DNA of 62,817 nt, counting the filler, from Aduncisulcus paluster (lineage: Eukaryota): the NCBI GenBank assembly GCA_024181965.1. It is 7 parts of 7 records of this genome, joined end to end, with 100 filler letters (N's around TTAATTAATTAA, not from the genome) between each part and the next. Parts side by side here need not be neighbours in the genome. Positions count along the whole stretch, not along the records: positions 1 to 22,108 come from BQXS01011139.1; 6 more parts are not named here. One strand, written 5' to 3'. Below, in pieces: positions 1-11,230 of the stretch; the stretch's first letter is position 1, and each line of letters begins with the position of its first letter. The notes under the pieces are model-generated. The model did not search any database. It saw only the letters and a program-made list of their open reading frames with translations, and was not told the DNA's origin. The position numbers and the translations under genes are program-made.

Positions 1-1184
1 GAGACAGTTCAGGTGCTTCCATGTTCAAGACCAACAGGTTCTCACATTTCTTGGCAAGGGCTGGGAAAGCGATTGGAGTGGGGCTTGCCTCCTCTTATTT
101 GGCTTACCTGGGCTACGCTGAGAAGCACAAGCTGAGTCTTGGAGCATTATGGTAATCTTTAGAATTACAACTTAATTCTTTCACAAACCAAATGTTTGAC
201 AAATAAGGCTATGAATATAAACTCCAACCCACCCGAACATAATCATCATCCCACAGCAACCAATTTCAGTCCCACCCTAATGACCCGTCACAAACTTTCC
301 TAATATATACTTTATTCCGCATTGGGTGATTTGGAACAATACGAACACCATAAATCTTTATTAGAATATGCTAATCACAATTGAATAAACCCCCCCGAGT
401 CAATAAGAGACAAAAAGATGGAAGAAAAGGGAATGAAGAGGTCATCCGATTCGAATCGTACCATTGGGATGGGCACCAGGAATAGGTGAGATCCAATGGG
501 TATCTCGAGATATGAAAACGCCAAAGCATTCATTTATAATATGTTATAAAATGATATTACATGTAGAAAGAGATACACCTAATATTCAAGGAGAAGGAAT
601 TCGATTTCTTTGTTTTGGTCCAGGTGCTGATTATCCAAAACTTATATGTTTCATGAATCGTGATAAATGGTTGTGTTTATATCGATCAGGAATTTATTTC
701 GTTCTAACTATTCTTTTCCAAACGGTAGGTGACAATTATGAATTTGTAGGGAAAAGGACATGGCTAATATGAGTTATAGATTAATAATTGATGATAATGA
801 TATCCGCCATCCTGTGTGTTTCACCCTTTTTGGAATTGAGATGTGCTAATTACAATATAATATACATCGGAAACTCGAATCTCGCAGAGCTCATCTCACA
901 CCTTTTTTTTTTTTTCCATCAACAAAAACATCAAGGTATATTTCTTTCATGGATACACATGTGTATTATCGTATCTATCACAAAATGAATTCCTTTGCCC
1001 CTCGTGTTATGTTGTGTTCATTGTTCATTTCTTCCCAAAGATATGGTAATGTACAGGAAAATATTTCCATTTCTATTGTACCATGACATTTTCTTTCTTG
1101 TTTGTGATGCGTTCACGATACAATATATTTGTCATTTTTATTAAAGATTTTAATCTCTTCAGCTCGAACATAATCGGATATTCC

Positions 1185-4100
1185 TCATTCTTTTTCCCCC
1201 TCTTTCTTTTGAACAATCCAAACAGGTAACTGTAAGCTTTTTGGCGGTGGTTCAATAATGGGAGCACATAGAGGAGGCGAAGGAGAAACAAGAGCGAACA
1301 TAAGACAGAAATCGTATGGTTTGGTATAATCATAACAAGTCTTTACCTTAACTGGATCAAACAAATGAACAGTCGTTTTTTCTCCCTTTAAATTGTTCCA
1401 ACTGACGCAAACCCCCTCAATTTCTTCAACGATTTCAGTTGAAGACCCTTTACCATGAGCCTGTTTCCCGTCGAGTTTGATTCTAGCTTCAATTCCAAAT
1501 TTAGGGATAAGAGCGACAATAAAACGTTTATCCACACGAACGATGACCCCTTCAGCCACACTCGTCATATCAGGGAATCTAAGCATGTGCATAAGAACGG
1601 TATTCACAGTTACACTCCCTCGTTCACATTGGGAAGCGGCAAAAGTTCGATCATTCATATTGTCAGCAATTTTCTGTTGTTTTTGAGTGTTACTTATTTC
1701 TTCAGGAAGGTCTCCTTCACATACATCACACACAAATCTTCCTTTATATGTCTCCTGATTCCCAATAGCTAAGGCCAGAAGACGATGAACAATAATATCA
1801 GCATAACGCCTGATTGGAGATGTGAAATGCGTATAAAGTGGACAACACAGTCCATAGTGGAAATGAGCATCCTCGGTCAAGGTGCCACTTGCAAAATAAA
1901 CAGCAAGAGACATGCAACGAGTGACTAATGTTCGTACACACTCATCAATGGAAAGAGGTCTCTCAACATCAGAAGATATTGAAGGAATGGCGATCTTGGC
2001 ATCTTTAACAGCATCAAGGGATCCAGAAAGTGTTTTGTTATTTGCAGGATTAATTGTTATTCCAATCTTTTGCATAAGGCCGACAGTCCTCTTCATATGT
2101 GTTTCTTTCGGTGGAGGATGCCGTCTAAGCAGAGCGTGTGTGGGGAATTCTTTTCTAAGCTTCTCAGCAACACTCACATTCCCGAGAAGCATAAATTCTT
2201 CAATCAGACTGTTTGTGTCATGTTTGGGGTAAGGTTTGGAGCTCAACGGAAGCTTTGTTTCGGGATGTAACTCAAATTTAACGGCTGGCGAGGACAACGA
2301 TAAAGCACCATTCTCCATTCTTTGTTTGCGTAGAATCCTGGACATGTTCATAAGTCCCCGTAAGCCCAGAGTGATGGGTTCATTGTTCGATAGATCCTTA
2401 ATCATGGAATCTGCAACGCCATAGGACAGTGCAGCAGCGGAGCGGATGATTGTTTTGCACCAGGTTGTATGCAAGATACTTCCATTATGCTTGTTCATGA
2501 GCCAAATCACAGAAAAAGCATATCTGTCAACTCCCCCACGCAGGGAACATAGATCAGTTGTGAGAAGAGAAGGCAACATATCCACACGCTTTTCAACGAG
2601 ATATACGGTTGTACTTCTCTTTTGGGCCTCAATATCAACATCTGAGTGTGGAGGAACGAAATGGGTAACGTCAGCAATATGAACACCAATTTCAACAATG
2701 TCGCCATCAGTATATCCCACTTTCTTCAGAAATTCAGCCGTAGTATCAATTTCCTCATCAAATTCAAAGGTAGATTCCTCTTCTTCCTCTTCCTTATCGG
2801 TTTCTACTTTCGTCTTATCTTGGAGTACATCCTTTCTAGCTGTCCACTTTGGGATATTTTCACTCCATTCTCCTCCCCTTTCATCGAGGGCCGCCTCACA
2901 TTCGGAGAGACTCATTGACTTACAATGGAGAGCATCATCAATGTCCTGACAACCAGGAGGATCAACACTGCACACGATACGAGCACTTCGGAGGTCCAAA
3001 CGCCTGGCTTCTTCCTCGGAACTGACTTTCCAAGGCATTTCTGGCAGCCATCTGAGGAAGTTTGGCGTATTGAGAGGAAAAGACCTTACTCCTTCTTCTC
3101 GCATTAGAACTTCACTCTCCACGACTGGATCGCCAATGAATCCAATGACACTGACAAGATGTCCCTGTGGATTCATTGATGTGACAGGCCAATCATCGAT
3201 GGAAGTGACACATCTTTTTCCAGCAACAAGGCCAGGGGAGGAAGAGAACACTGTTACTCGAGGATAAGAACGAGACACAGGAGAGAATGTCAGTCTTCGA
3301 GACACTGCCTTCAAGGAACTGCCAGTCTCCGTGGATTCATCAGTGGAATCCAAGGTTGAAGGGTTGATCACAGGAATCTTAGGAAATGGAAGCAGGAAAG
3401 AACCACATAAATGCCTCTCTTGACGAGAGATAACACCAAGAACACGTCCATATAGTTTAAGAGTCTCTCCGTTTGGCCTGTTTCTTTCCTTGATGGCCAT
3501 TGAAACATCTTCATATGCCACAACAGAGAGGAGAGAGTAGTAATTATCGTAGTTGACATTACGAGACCTTTCAAAATTCACACATTTGCCAACATATTCG
3601 TGGCAGTCACTGAAAGTAACATCTTGTCTGGACTTACCAGTGTGTGAAGAAATCGCACCGATAATATCGAGAATTTCAATAACCACAGTATCGCCTTCAA
3701 GAGCTCTATTCCGGCATACTCTTCCACATATAGATACCCTTACACCAGCAGTACCACACACGGCCTCTCCCAGGCTGAAAGAATACTGATCGGTCTTATA
3801 TAGACCTTTCAAACATTTCGAAGAGAAGGCTCCATCGGGAGATGAAGAGCTTTTCACGAGGGATTCCGAGAGCTGCGGCATTATGTATGGAAAGAATCCC
3901 GTCCTTTCATCATGTTCTTCAACATTTCCATGTGAAATAAATTCTTCCTCATATTCGTATTCAGATACCTCACCTTCCTCATCGGCTTTCTTGCTCTTGG
4001 AAGATTTAACTTTACGACGTCTACGGAGTCTTGAACCCTTGGGTACCTCAGGAGGAACGATTGAGGCTATGGAAGCAGAAGAGAACTGGGGGTATATACC

Positions 4101-4877
4101 ATCAAGCTGGACTAACGCCTTTGAATCGTGAATATTGATCGCAATAATATCAACATCGGGATGAAGACTTGTTTCTGGACCAGAAAGAGGAGGAATAGTC
4201 GCCAAAACTTCATTCACGACGGTCTCTTCCTCCTCATTTTCACAGAGAATGACAAGAGAAAGGGGTTGAGCAATATGATATGAATAAAACCATGCAACTG
4301 CACATAGAGAACGGCATACGGGTAAAAATATATCTCGGTATCTGCTTGGACTATTATTAGAATTATCTTGAGAAGAACCACATTTATCAGGAGTGATTAC
4401 TTCTTCAGATTCTCTCCTTTTTCCAACCATAATTGGGACTGTTGATAAGTTATCGGGAAATACACTTTTTATAATCATCTCATTTTCAACTACTTTGGAA
4501 CAGTTAAGATCTGGGAAAACAACGCATCTTTTCGAAGTATTCTTAATATTCTCTGTCATTTTTCTATATAAAGTTGGTTTCGTTTCCTTCAAATCGCGAT
4601 CAAGCAAAGATGACAGGAATATAACGTCGGTGGAAGTTGGAAAAGAAAGAAAGGGAGTCTGCCTTTCAATAAATAAATATGTGGGAATACAATAACATGG
4701 CTTCTTTTTGCCTGACAAAACAGAAGAACTATGCCCAAGACTCTTACATTTCTTACACAAACCAGAATAACAAGGAATATCATCTCTAACAACAGATCTT
4801 TCAACAGTAGTCATGGTTCTAACTGTGGCTGAAGTTGAAGACCTATTCTTCACCTTTCTTATCTTTAATTTCGGCAT
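1185..4877 (-). CDS. DIS3: DIS3/Rrp44-family exosome exoribonuclease (degenerate PIN, DIS3L-like)
   Basis: 1230-aa ORF. CR3 motif [16 protein letters not shown]-like region, cold-shock motif [16 protein letters not shown] catalytic [43 protein letters not shown], and a C-terminal S1-like region. Confidence 0.93.
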   Translation of the reverse strand: MPKLKIRKVKNRSSTSATVRTMTTVERSVVRDDIPCYSGLCKKCKSLGHSSSVLSGKKKPCYCIPTYLFIERQTPFLSFPTSTDVIFLSSLLDRDLKETKPTLYRKMTENIKNTSKRCVVFPDLNCSKVVENEMIIKSVFPDNLSTVPIMVGKRRESEEVITPDKCGSSQDNSNNSPSRYRDIFLPVCRSLCAVAWFYSYHIAQPLSLVILCENEEEETVVNEVLATIPPLSGPETSLHPDVDIIAINIHDSKALVQLDGIYPQFSSASIASIVPPEVPKGSRLRRRRKVKSSKSKKADEEGEVSEYEYEEEFISHGNVEEHDERTGFFPYIMPQLSESLVKSSSSPDGAFSSKCLKGLYKTDQYSFSLGEAVCGTAGVRVSICGRVCRNRALEGDTVVIEILDIIGAISSHTGKSRQDVTFSDCHEYVGKCVNFERSRNVNYDNYYSLLSVVAYEDVSMAIKERNRPNGETLKLYGRVLGVISRQERHLCGSFLLPFPKIPVINPSTLDSTDESTETGSSLKAVSRRLTFSPVSRSYPRVTVFSSSPGLVAGKRCVTSIDDWPVTSMNPQGHLVSVIGFIGDPVVESEVLMREEGVRSFPLNTPNFLRWLPEMPWKVSSEEEARRLDLRSARIVCSVDPPGCQDIDDALHCKSMSLSECEAALDERGGEWSENIPKWTARKDVLQDKTKVETDKEEEEEESTFEFDEEIDTTAEFLKKVGYTDGDIVEIGVHIADVTHFVPPHSDVDIEAQKRSTTVYLVEKRVDMLPSLLTTDLCSLRGGVDRYAFSVIWLMNKHNGSILHTTWCKTIIRSAAALSYGVADSMIKDLSNNEPITLGLRGLMNMSRILRKQRMENGALSLSSPAVKFELHPETKLPLSSKPYPKHDTNSLIEEFMLLGNVSVAEKLRKEFPTHALLRRHPPPKETHMKRTVGLMQKIGITINPANNKTLSGSLDAVKDAKIAIPSISSDVERPLSIDECVRTLVTRCMSLAVYFASGTLTEDAHFHYGLCCPLYTHFTSPIRRYADIIVHRLLALAIGNQETYKGRFVCDVCEGDLPEEISNTQKQQKIADNMNDRTFAASQCERGSVTVNTVLMHMLRFPDMTSVAEGVIVRVDKRFIVALIPKFGIEARIKLDGKQAHGKGSSTEIVEEIEGVCVSWNNLKGEKTTVHLFDPVKVKTCYDYTKPYDFCLMFALVSPSPPLCAPIIEPPPKSLQLPVWIVQKKEGEKE

Positions 4878-5333
4878 TTGAGGTGGTCAAAAAACGAATT
4901 TAGGGTTCAATCAAGGAAATAATTTAACCAGAGGGCTGTAAATACGGAAATCAAAGTCTAAAAGTATCATTTAATCCATTTATTATGTAAAATAAAGAAA
5001 TATAATGTTGTAACGTGGAAGAAAAATATATTTTGTTATCCCCTTAATTTCAATTAGAACTATAATTTTATTCCCATGGTGTTTGAACAGAATATCTGTT
5101 AACTTGATTCTATCTGGAAATAACAATGGATTATCAACCATTCAAAAGAGAAATCCCAACTTGGGTTTGAAACAGTTTCCCTGCGTTGAAATGATAGAAA
5201 ATAGATTATTAAGACAAGATTATATCTTATATATATTCAATATGTAACCAAAAAATCGGCGTTAATCTCAATATCAGGTGGAACCGATTCGTGTTTTCTC
5301 GTTTTCTTTGCAATACACCAATAGACCACCTAA

Positions 5334-6923
5334 ATGTTAGCAAAGGGGACGGTCTTACATAAAAAATATAGTATCCAACGTTGTATCGGACGTGGATCGT
5401 TCGGTGAAGTATTTTCGGGGATCGATTTAGGATCGAAAAATAAGGTTGCTATAAAAGTTGAAAGGGCCGATGGGAAAAGATCATTTTTAAAAACAGAATT
5501 ACACATATTAAAGGTAATGCAGGAAACAGATGCTGTTGCCAGATATTATTACGCAGGGAAACACGATAATCATAATTTTGTTGTAATGGAGCATCTTGGT
5601 TCTGATTTAGCATATTTAAGAAAGAAACAGCCTGAAAAACGTTTTTCATTATATACCACACTCTTAATTGGCATTGAAATGGTTTCATGCCTCGCCCAAA
5701 TTCATAAACATGGTTTTATTCATAGAGACGTTAAACCGTCAAACTTTTGCATCGGTCGTTCAGAACCATATAAAGTATTCTTAATCGATTTTGGAATGGC
5801 TAGAAATATGGTTAAAGATGGCTCCTTTAAGGAAGCAAGAGGTAAGATTGGTTTTCGTGGAACAAGTCGATATGCTTCAGTACACGCCCATAGACAGAAT
5901 GATTTGAGTATGGTGGATGATTTGTGGGCATTATTTTATACTTTATTGGAATTTTTATGTGGTTTCTTGCCCTGGGCGATATACAAAGATAAAGAAAGAA
6001 TTGGGACCGTAAAAGAGAAAAATCACGATAGTTCAATCCTATGCAAGGGGCTACCAGTCTGTTTTAAAGAGATTATGGATTATTTATTCACTTTATCGTT
6101 CACTTCATATCCAGATCACGAATATATTTTACAATTGTTGAAAAAAGAGTTTTCTATTCATAAATTCCGGAAACATTCACCAGTTAAGCCCGATTTAGAC
6201 TGGGTTTCTGGGTCATATCAACACGAATTATACGACATTAGCAAAAGTCCTGTTTTCACAACTGAGGTTCTCGAGCAGATTCAAAAACCATCGTTGGATG
6301 CCCTTGGTGACTTTGGAAAAGATAAAAAAGATGGAAAGGAGCGCAAAGAAAGAAGCAAACAAACCCTCACTCTTTCTGAGCCAATGGATCGGGACAAGGA
6401 TAAATCTGAGGGTTTAGAGGAAGGCCGTGACCGTGAAGGAATTCGGATGAAACCTCGCCGTGGCACTCTTGGCGGGAGAGAGGAAAGCCGCGGCGGTGGA
6501 TTATTCGGCTTTGGCCGGCATCGTAGACGTGGCAGTGAGGGCATGGTGCGTCGTGAGGACCCCGATGAAGCAAGAGATGAAGAATATGATGCAGAAAAAG
6601 ATGAATCCGAACGTGTAGCCCGTTCTTTTGTTGATGAAGAGGAGAAATCGAAAGAAAGAAAGAAAGGGTCACAAGACCCAAGTATGGAAAGACTTTACTA
6701 TACTGGCGAAAGCATGGATAGAAGCATGAAGGGCCTTGCAGGAAGGTCTGGAGACATTACAACACAAATTGTGTCTGTGATTCCTGAGACAGCTCTGACA
6801 ATGAGAAGTGAGAAAGAAAAGAAATTAAACCCAAAACGAAGAAGGTGCTGGTTATGCCCATGTTTTTGCTCAGATAATTCAAGACAAGGAAATTCAATAT
6901 CAGACCCATTCGAGTCAAAATAG
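5334..6923 (+). CDS. TTBK: Tau-tubulin kinase / casein kinase 1 family protein kinase
   Basis: IGRGSFGEV, VAIKVE, HRDVKPSN, DFGMAR, GFRGTSRYASVHAH and DDLWALFY (TTBK-type signature). Charged C-terminal tail ends in a Cys cluster. Confidence 0.88.
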   Translation: MLAKGTVLHKKYSIQRCIGRGSFGEVFSGIDLGSKNKVAIKVERADGKRSFLKTELHILKVMQETDAVARYYYAGKHDNHNFVVMEHLGSDLAYLRKKQPEKRFSLYTTLLIGIEMVSCLAQIHKHGFIHRDVKPSNFCIGRSEPYKVFLIDFGMARNMVKDGSFKEARGKIGFRGTSRYASVHAHRQNDLSMVDDLWALFYTLLEFLCGFLPWAIYKDKERIGTVKEKNHDSSILCKGLPVCFKEIMDYLFTLSFTSYPDHEYILQLLKKEFSIHKFRKHSPVKPDLDWVSGSYQHELYDISKSPVFTTEVLEQIQKPSLDALGDFGKDKKDGKERKERSKQTLTLSEPMDRDKDKSEGLEEGRDREGIRMKPRRGTLGGREESRGGGLFGFGRHRRRGSEGMVRREDPDEARDEEYDAEKDESERVARSFVDEEEKSKERKKGSQDPSMERLYYTGESMDRSMKGLAGRSGDITTQIVSVIPETALTMRSEKEKKLNPKRRRCWLCPCFCSDNSRQGNSISDPFESK

Positions 6924-8490
6924 CCTTAAAGTTTTTTTTATCATATTTTTATATCAATAAACATCTTCAATAGATTTTTTGTCTTTTTTTCATCAATTTC
7001 TGGTTTGTTCCTTCGAAAAATATGTCCATATTACTTGAAGCGCCAGAGAAATAGGAAATTTCTATATAAGGAGTAAAGATAGATGGATTCAGTTTTTGAC
7101 CTGATAATATTTATGTAAAGAATCCATAGTCGATATTTTTAGTAGTTATAAGTTTGTCAGGCCCACGAATTTGAATGTCATGGAAAACATTATCAAACGT
7201 CAAGAATTATGCATAAAATATTGAAGAATTACGGTTATGATGAGTTGATCTTTTTCAGGAGAATAAAAACCAACCAAATATTCCACCCCATCCAGCTGCA
7301 TGCAACACAATTCTTCAATTATCATACTATGATAATTAGTAATTGAATAAGGAAATGATTTCCCATAAGGATCTAAGTTGGGATCCATTAAAATTTATTA
7401 TGATCCAAACATTGAAAACCAAAACAATGGTGACGAAAAATCAGTCGTTCACCCGTTAGGAAAGCTTGGGGCCATTTTTAAAACAAAAATAGTGAGAAAA
7501 TGAAATATCTATTAAAATACTAGCATAAAAGAAACAGCACACATTAGGACCCCGATATGAGGAAGAGTTTAGATGGAATTCACACAGGACAAGTCGAGAC
7601 ATTGATAATCACGGCTGTTGTTGAAATATAATAAACGAGCAACATATAAACATAAAAAAAAAAGATTAAGTTGCTCGCTGAAAAATGAAATTAATAGTAT
7701 AATAATAAAATCTAGATGTAAATAAGAGAAAAAAAAAAGATGACAAATTAGCAAACAGTGCAAAAAAAAAAAAAAAAAAAAAAAAGGATAAGTAAGAAAA
7801 CGGATAATTAAATTAATAAAATAATGATAATAAAAAAAGAGAAACGATAATTTGGAATGTAATCGCCAACAAGCAAATGTCAATGAGCGATACTATCGCT
7901 TATATAGTATATAATCAAGGTGGCTTATAGCAATCCAATAAGAAACGACCGAGCAATACTGTTGAACTAAGAATCCATAGAAAAAGGAATGGAAACTATC
8001 ATATTTAATGCAGATATTTAAGGTGTCGGAAACATTTACGATTCTCAAAAACACACCAATATTTATACTAAAAATGTTTGTAAAGGAAATTAAAATTAAA
8101 ATTATTTTTGCCGAATACGAACATTCCAACACATATATCATACAATGGAACAGACTTAATGCTAATATTCTATGACTAACTATATTTTGTTACTAAAAAC
8201 AAGTAAACAACTTAATAGATACACAAATGAGAAGGGTTTCGTTGAATTGAAGTTTCCTAGATCTCTGAACAAACCTTGGTATGTTTATGCGTGTAGTTCA
8301 GCATTCGACTTACAAGAAAACAAAGTAAATATCTAATGAAATAATAATTGTAAAAAGAACAAAAACAACAAAAACAAAAGAAATAAATAATTAAGCTCGG
8401 CGTACTAAGCTTACAATTCTCACCAATACATAGTCTTGTCATAACAAAACACACATAATTGTCCATTTGAGTTTATCTTTTATGCTCATC

Positions 8491-10373
8491 TCATAATGCC
8501 TCTTCTTCACTTACTTCTCCGTGGATTTCGTCTCGTTCTTTGAGGGGAAATAGAGGGAAAACATGCTGTTGAGTCATTAACATATCTGGATTGACAGCCT
8601 TTGAAGAAGATGAGGGTGGAATCGAGGAAGAGTTCACGGAAGAACTAGAGGCAAGGACAGCCGCTCCAATCGTATCATCACGTCCTGTACCGATGGTGTT
8701 GTTCATAGAAGTGCTGCTTTGGACGGAAGGCGGCTGAGTGAGAACAGAGGAACCAGAGATCACAGGAAGACTCTGGGGACCAAAGGTTGAGGAAATAAAG
8801 CTACTAATTGGCCCCAATGATGTTGGACTGGCCATGGGAGGACAATACTGAGCCATTCTAAGTGGATTGGTCCCAGCCTCGAATACGGGGAACGTCATAG
8901 ATTCAGAACTGCAACTACTGGTGCTATCAATGGGCATATAACACGATGAACAGGCTGAAGTGCTCGTTGAACCGGGGGAAGAAGCTGCAAGAGAGTAGTA
9001 TGAAGGGGATGAGGAGTGAGGACCGACGCCTGCGCCTGAAGCTAAACCTTGAGTAGCTTCTTGAGGTTGTTGTTGCGGGTGATCTTGATAAGTGTGGACG
9101 AAATGAGCAGAAGTCGAGTAGGTAGAGGAGGTGTCTGGGTTGATATCTCTCTGAGAAGTATGAGTAGGATGAGCAGNNNNNNNNNNNNNNNNNNNNAACC
9201 GGGGGAAGAAGCTGCAAGAGAGTAGTATGAAGGGGATGAGGAGTGAGGACCGACGCCTGCGCCTGAAGCTAAACCTTGAGTAGCTTCTTGAGGTTGTTGT
9301 TGCGGGTGATCTTGATAAGTGTGGACGAAATGAGCAGAAGTCGGGTAGGTAGAGGAGGTGTCTGGGTTGATATCTCTCTGAGAAGTATGAGTAGGATGAG
9401 CAGCACTTGAGACTGGATCTTGAACCATTGGAAATGATGCTTGGGGAATGGGAATGGATCCTGAGGTTTCAATCGAGCGAGATGATACTTGAGGTTGACG
9501 AGAGGATGGAGACATGGAGCTATGAGAATGTTGGGATGGAAATGACGACCAAGAATGAGTTATTGGATGATCATGTGAGTTGTAAACTGAAGAATATTCA
9601 CGAGGAAGTATTGAAGGATATGATGGAGGCGGATAGGAACCGGAGAGAGCCCAATACTCTTGCGGATTATATTGAGTAGCAGAAGGAACTGGGCTACTAG
9701 ACAATGGGGGGATTCGATATCCCGAAGACAAGGTTTGAGGATAAGTGGATTGCTGATCAATTTTGGCCTTTTCATATAATTTCTGATCTTCACTACAATC
9801 CCTATCCTCATGGGAGTGAGGTAATGATGACAAGGACGAACTAGATGAAGCTGATGGAGAGAGGGTCATGTGACCTTGGATCTCAGAAAAAGGGGAAAAC
9901 TCGAGATGTTTGGAGGGTGCGCTTCTTGGACCCATAAGATCCTTCGGTTGCGAGTCTGAGTCTCTATAGGTATATTGTTGAAATGATCTATGAGGATATG
10001 TGGGGTCTTGGTGGTTATAATAAGGTTGGATTGGCGATGATCCAAACTGACTAGAAATTCGAGGGGGTACCGGTTGGGATTGTTGGAGAGGTCGTTCCTT
10101 AACACCGGAGTGAAACCAATGATGAGCAGGAATAATAGACTTTTTAGCCGGTTCAGATCCAAGACGATAATACGATCCAGTACAGTTAGTCAAAACATAT
10201 CCTTGGAAACGACTAATGGCATATATTTCCTCTTCTTCGGTTTCATAATCAATAAAACAGAAATTACACCCCTTTTTATGTGAAAAAAGTACAACAGTAC
10301 CGAAAGAAGCAGCTATTCGGTATAATTCGTCATCGGAAATAAAACAAGGTAAATTATGCACAAAGATACACAT
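8491..10373 (-). CDS. RRM-domain RNA-binding protein with long Ser/Pro/Gln-rich tail (single gene split by assembly gap)
   Basis: RNP2 IFVHNLP and RNP1 GCNFCFIDY. Removing the 227-nt duplication plus gap joins ...AASSPG to STSTSACSSCYMPIDS (ORF 8491-8937) in frame, about 551 aa. An upstream exon is possible. Confidence 0.75.
8970..9403. other. Assembly artefact: duplicated flanks around 20-N gap (8970-9176 = 9197-9403)
   Basis: Direct repeat at offset 227 straddling Ns at 9177-9196, with one mismatch (9117 A vs 9344 G). Confidence 0.9.
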
Positions 10374-11230
10374 ATAAAAGATATTCTATTATATCTTGGA
10401 TAAAAGAATAAAAGTTTCTTTTGGATTTAGCACTCAAAAGGAAAAAGATTGAACTATGGCTTCAATATGCAATATTTTCAATTTATTCGGGTAAAATAAA
10501 GTGTTTAAATGCACAATTTAACAAAAACATAATTTATTCCATTGAAAGCTCCGAAAACATCGTTGATGTCACCCACATCACAGTTTGGCTCCGATTTACC
10601 GGTAATTTGCGTCTGGGATGAAAATGCTAAAATCCTGAAAAAAATGACTTCACAACTTGTGAACTTTACTATTTTATAAATTCAGGTGGGTAAAAGAGAA
10701 GAAAATAGCTGACTGAACAGGTACTTCAGTTTCAGAGAAACATGGCATGAAAAGGTTGGAGTATTCGGATGGAAATGTAACACTCATCCGAAAGTTATAG
10801 TTAGTATGGTTACACTGCATTCAAAGATACATATAAGGATATATTAATATCTTTCTATTCGAATTGCAGTAAATAATTTATACATTAAAAATAGATAGAG
10901 GAAAATAGAGCAAACGTAATATCGTTCTTCTTGTTTTGGGAGACTATTAGAATTATGGGGAAACAACAGGATGTTAGAAAAGCGACTGAGAGAGAAATAA
11001 ACCAGGGAGTGTCTAACACCTAAAAATTCAAACAATGGGGGGGAAACAATAAATAAAAAACCAATCTGGGGAGTCAGTTCTAAAAATGGATTAGAAGGTT
11101 GGTTGAGGGGTATTGAAATGGGGCATTTTGTGATAATAAAAGGAGAGTTATCTTACTTAGATGAATAGGTGAAACAAAATCAAACGAAAAAATAGAAATA
11201 AAAATAGAAAAATAAACAAATCGTTCAGGA

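Noticed and set aside
1-155. 3' end of a coding gene at the window start
   Set aside because: Two plus-strand frames are open and neither has a recognisable motif, so it cannot be assigned.
464-988. Short ORFs 464-772 and 788-988
   Set aside because: Non-ATG starts, AT-rich, no motifs.
7569-8466. Phe/Ile-rich minus-strand ORFs
   Set aside because: By-products of poly-A/T intergenic or UTR sequence.
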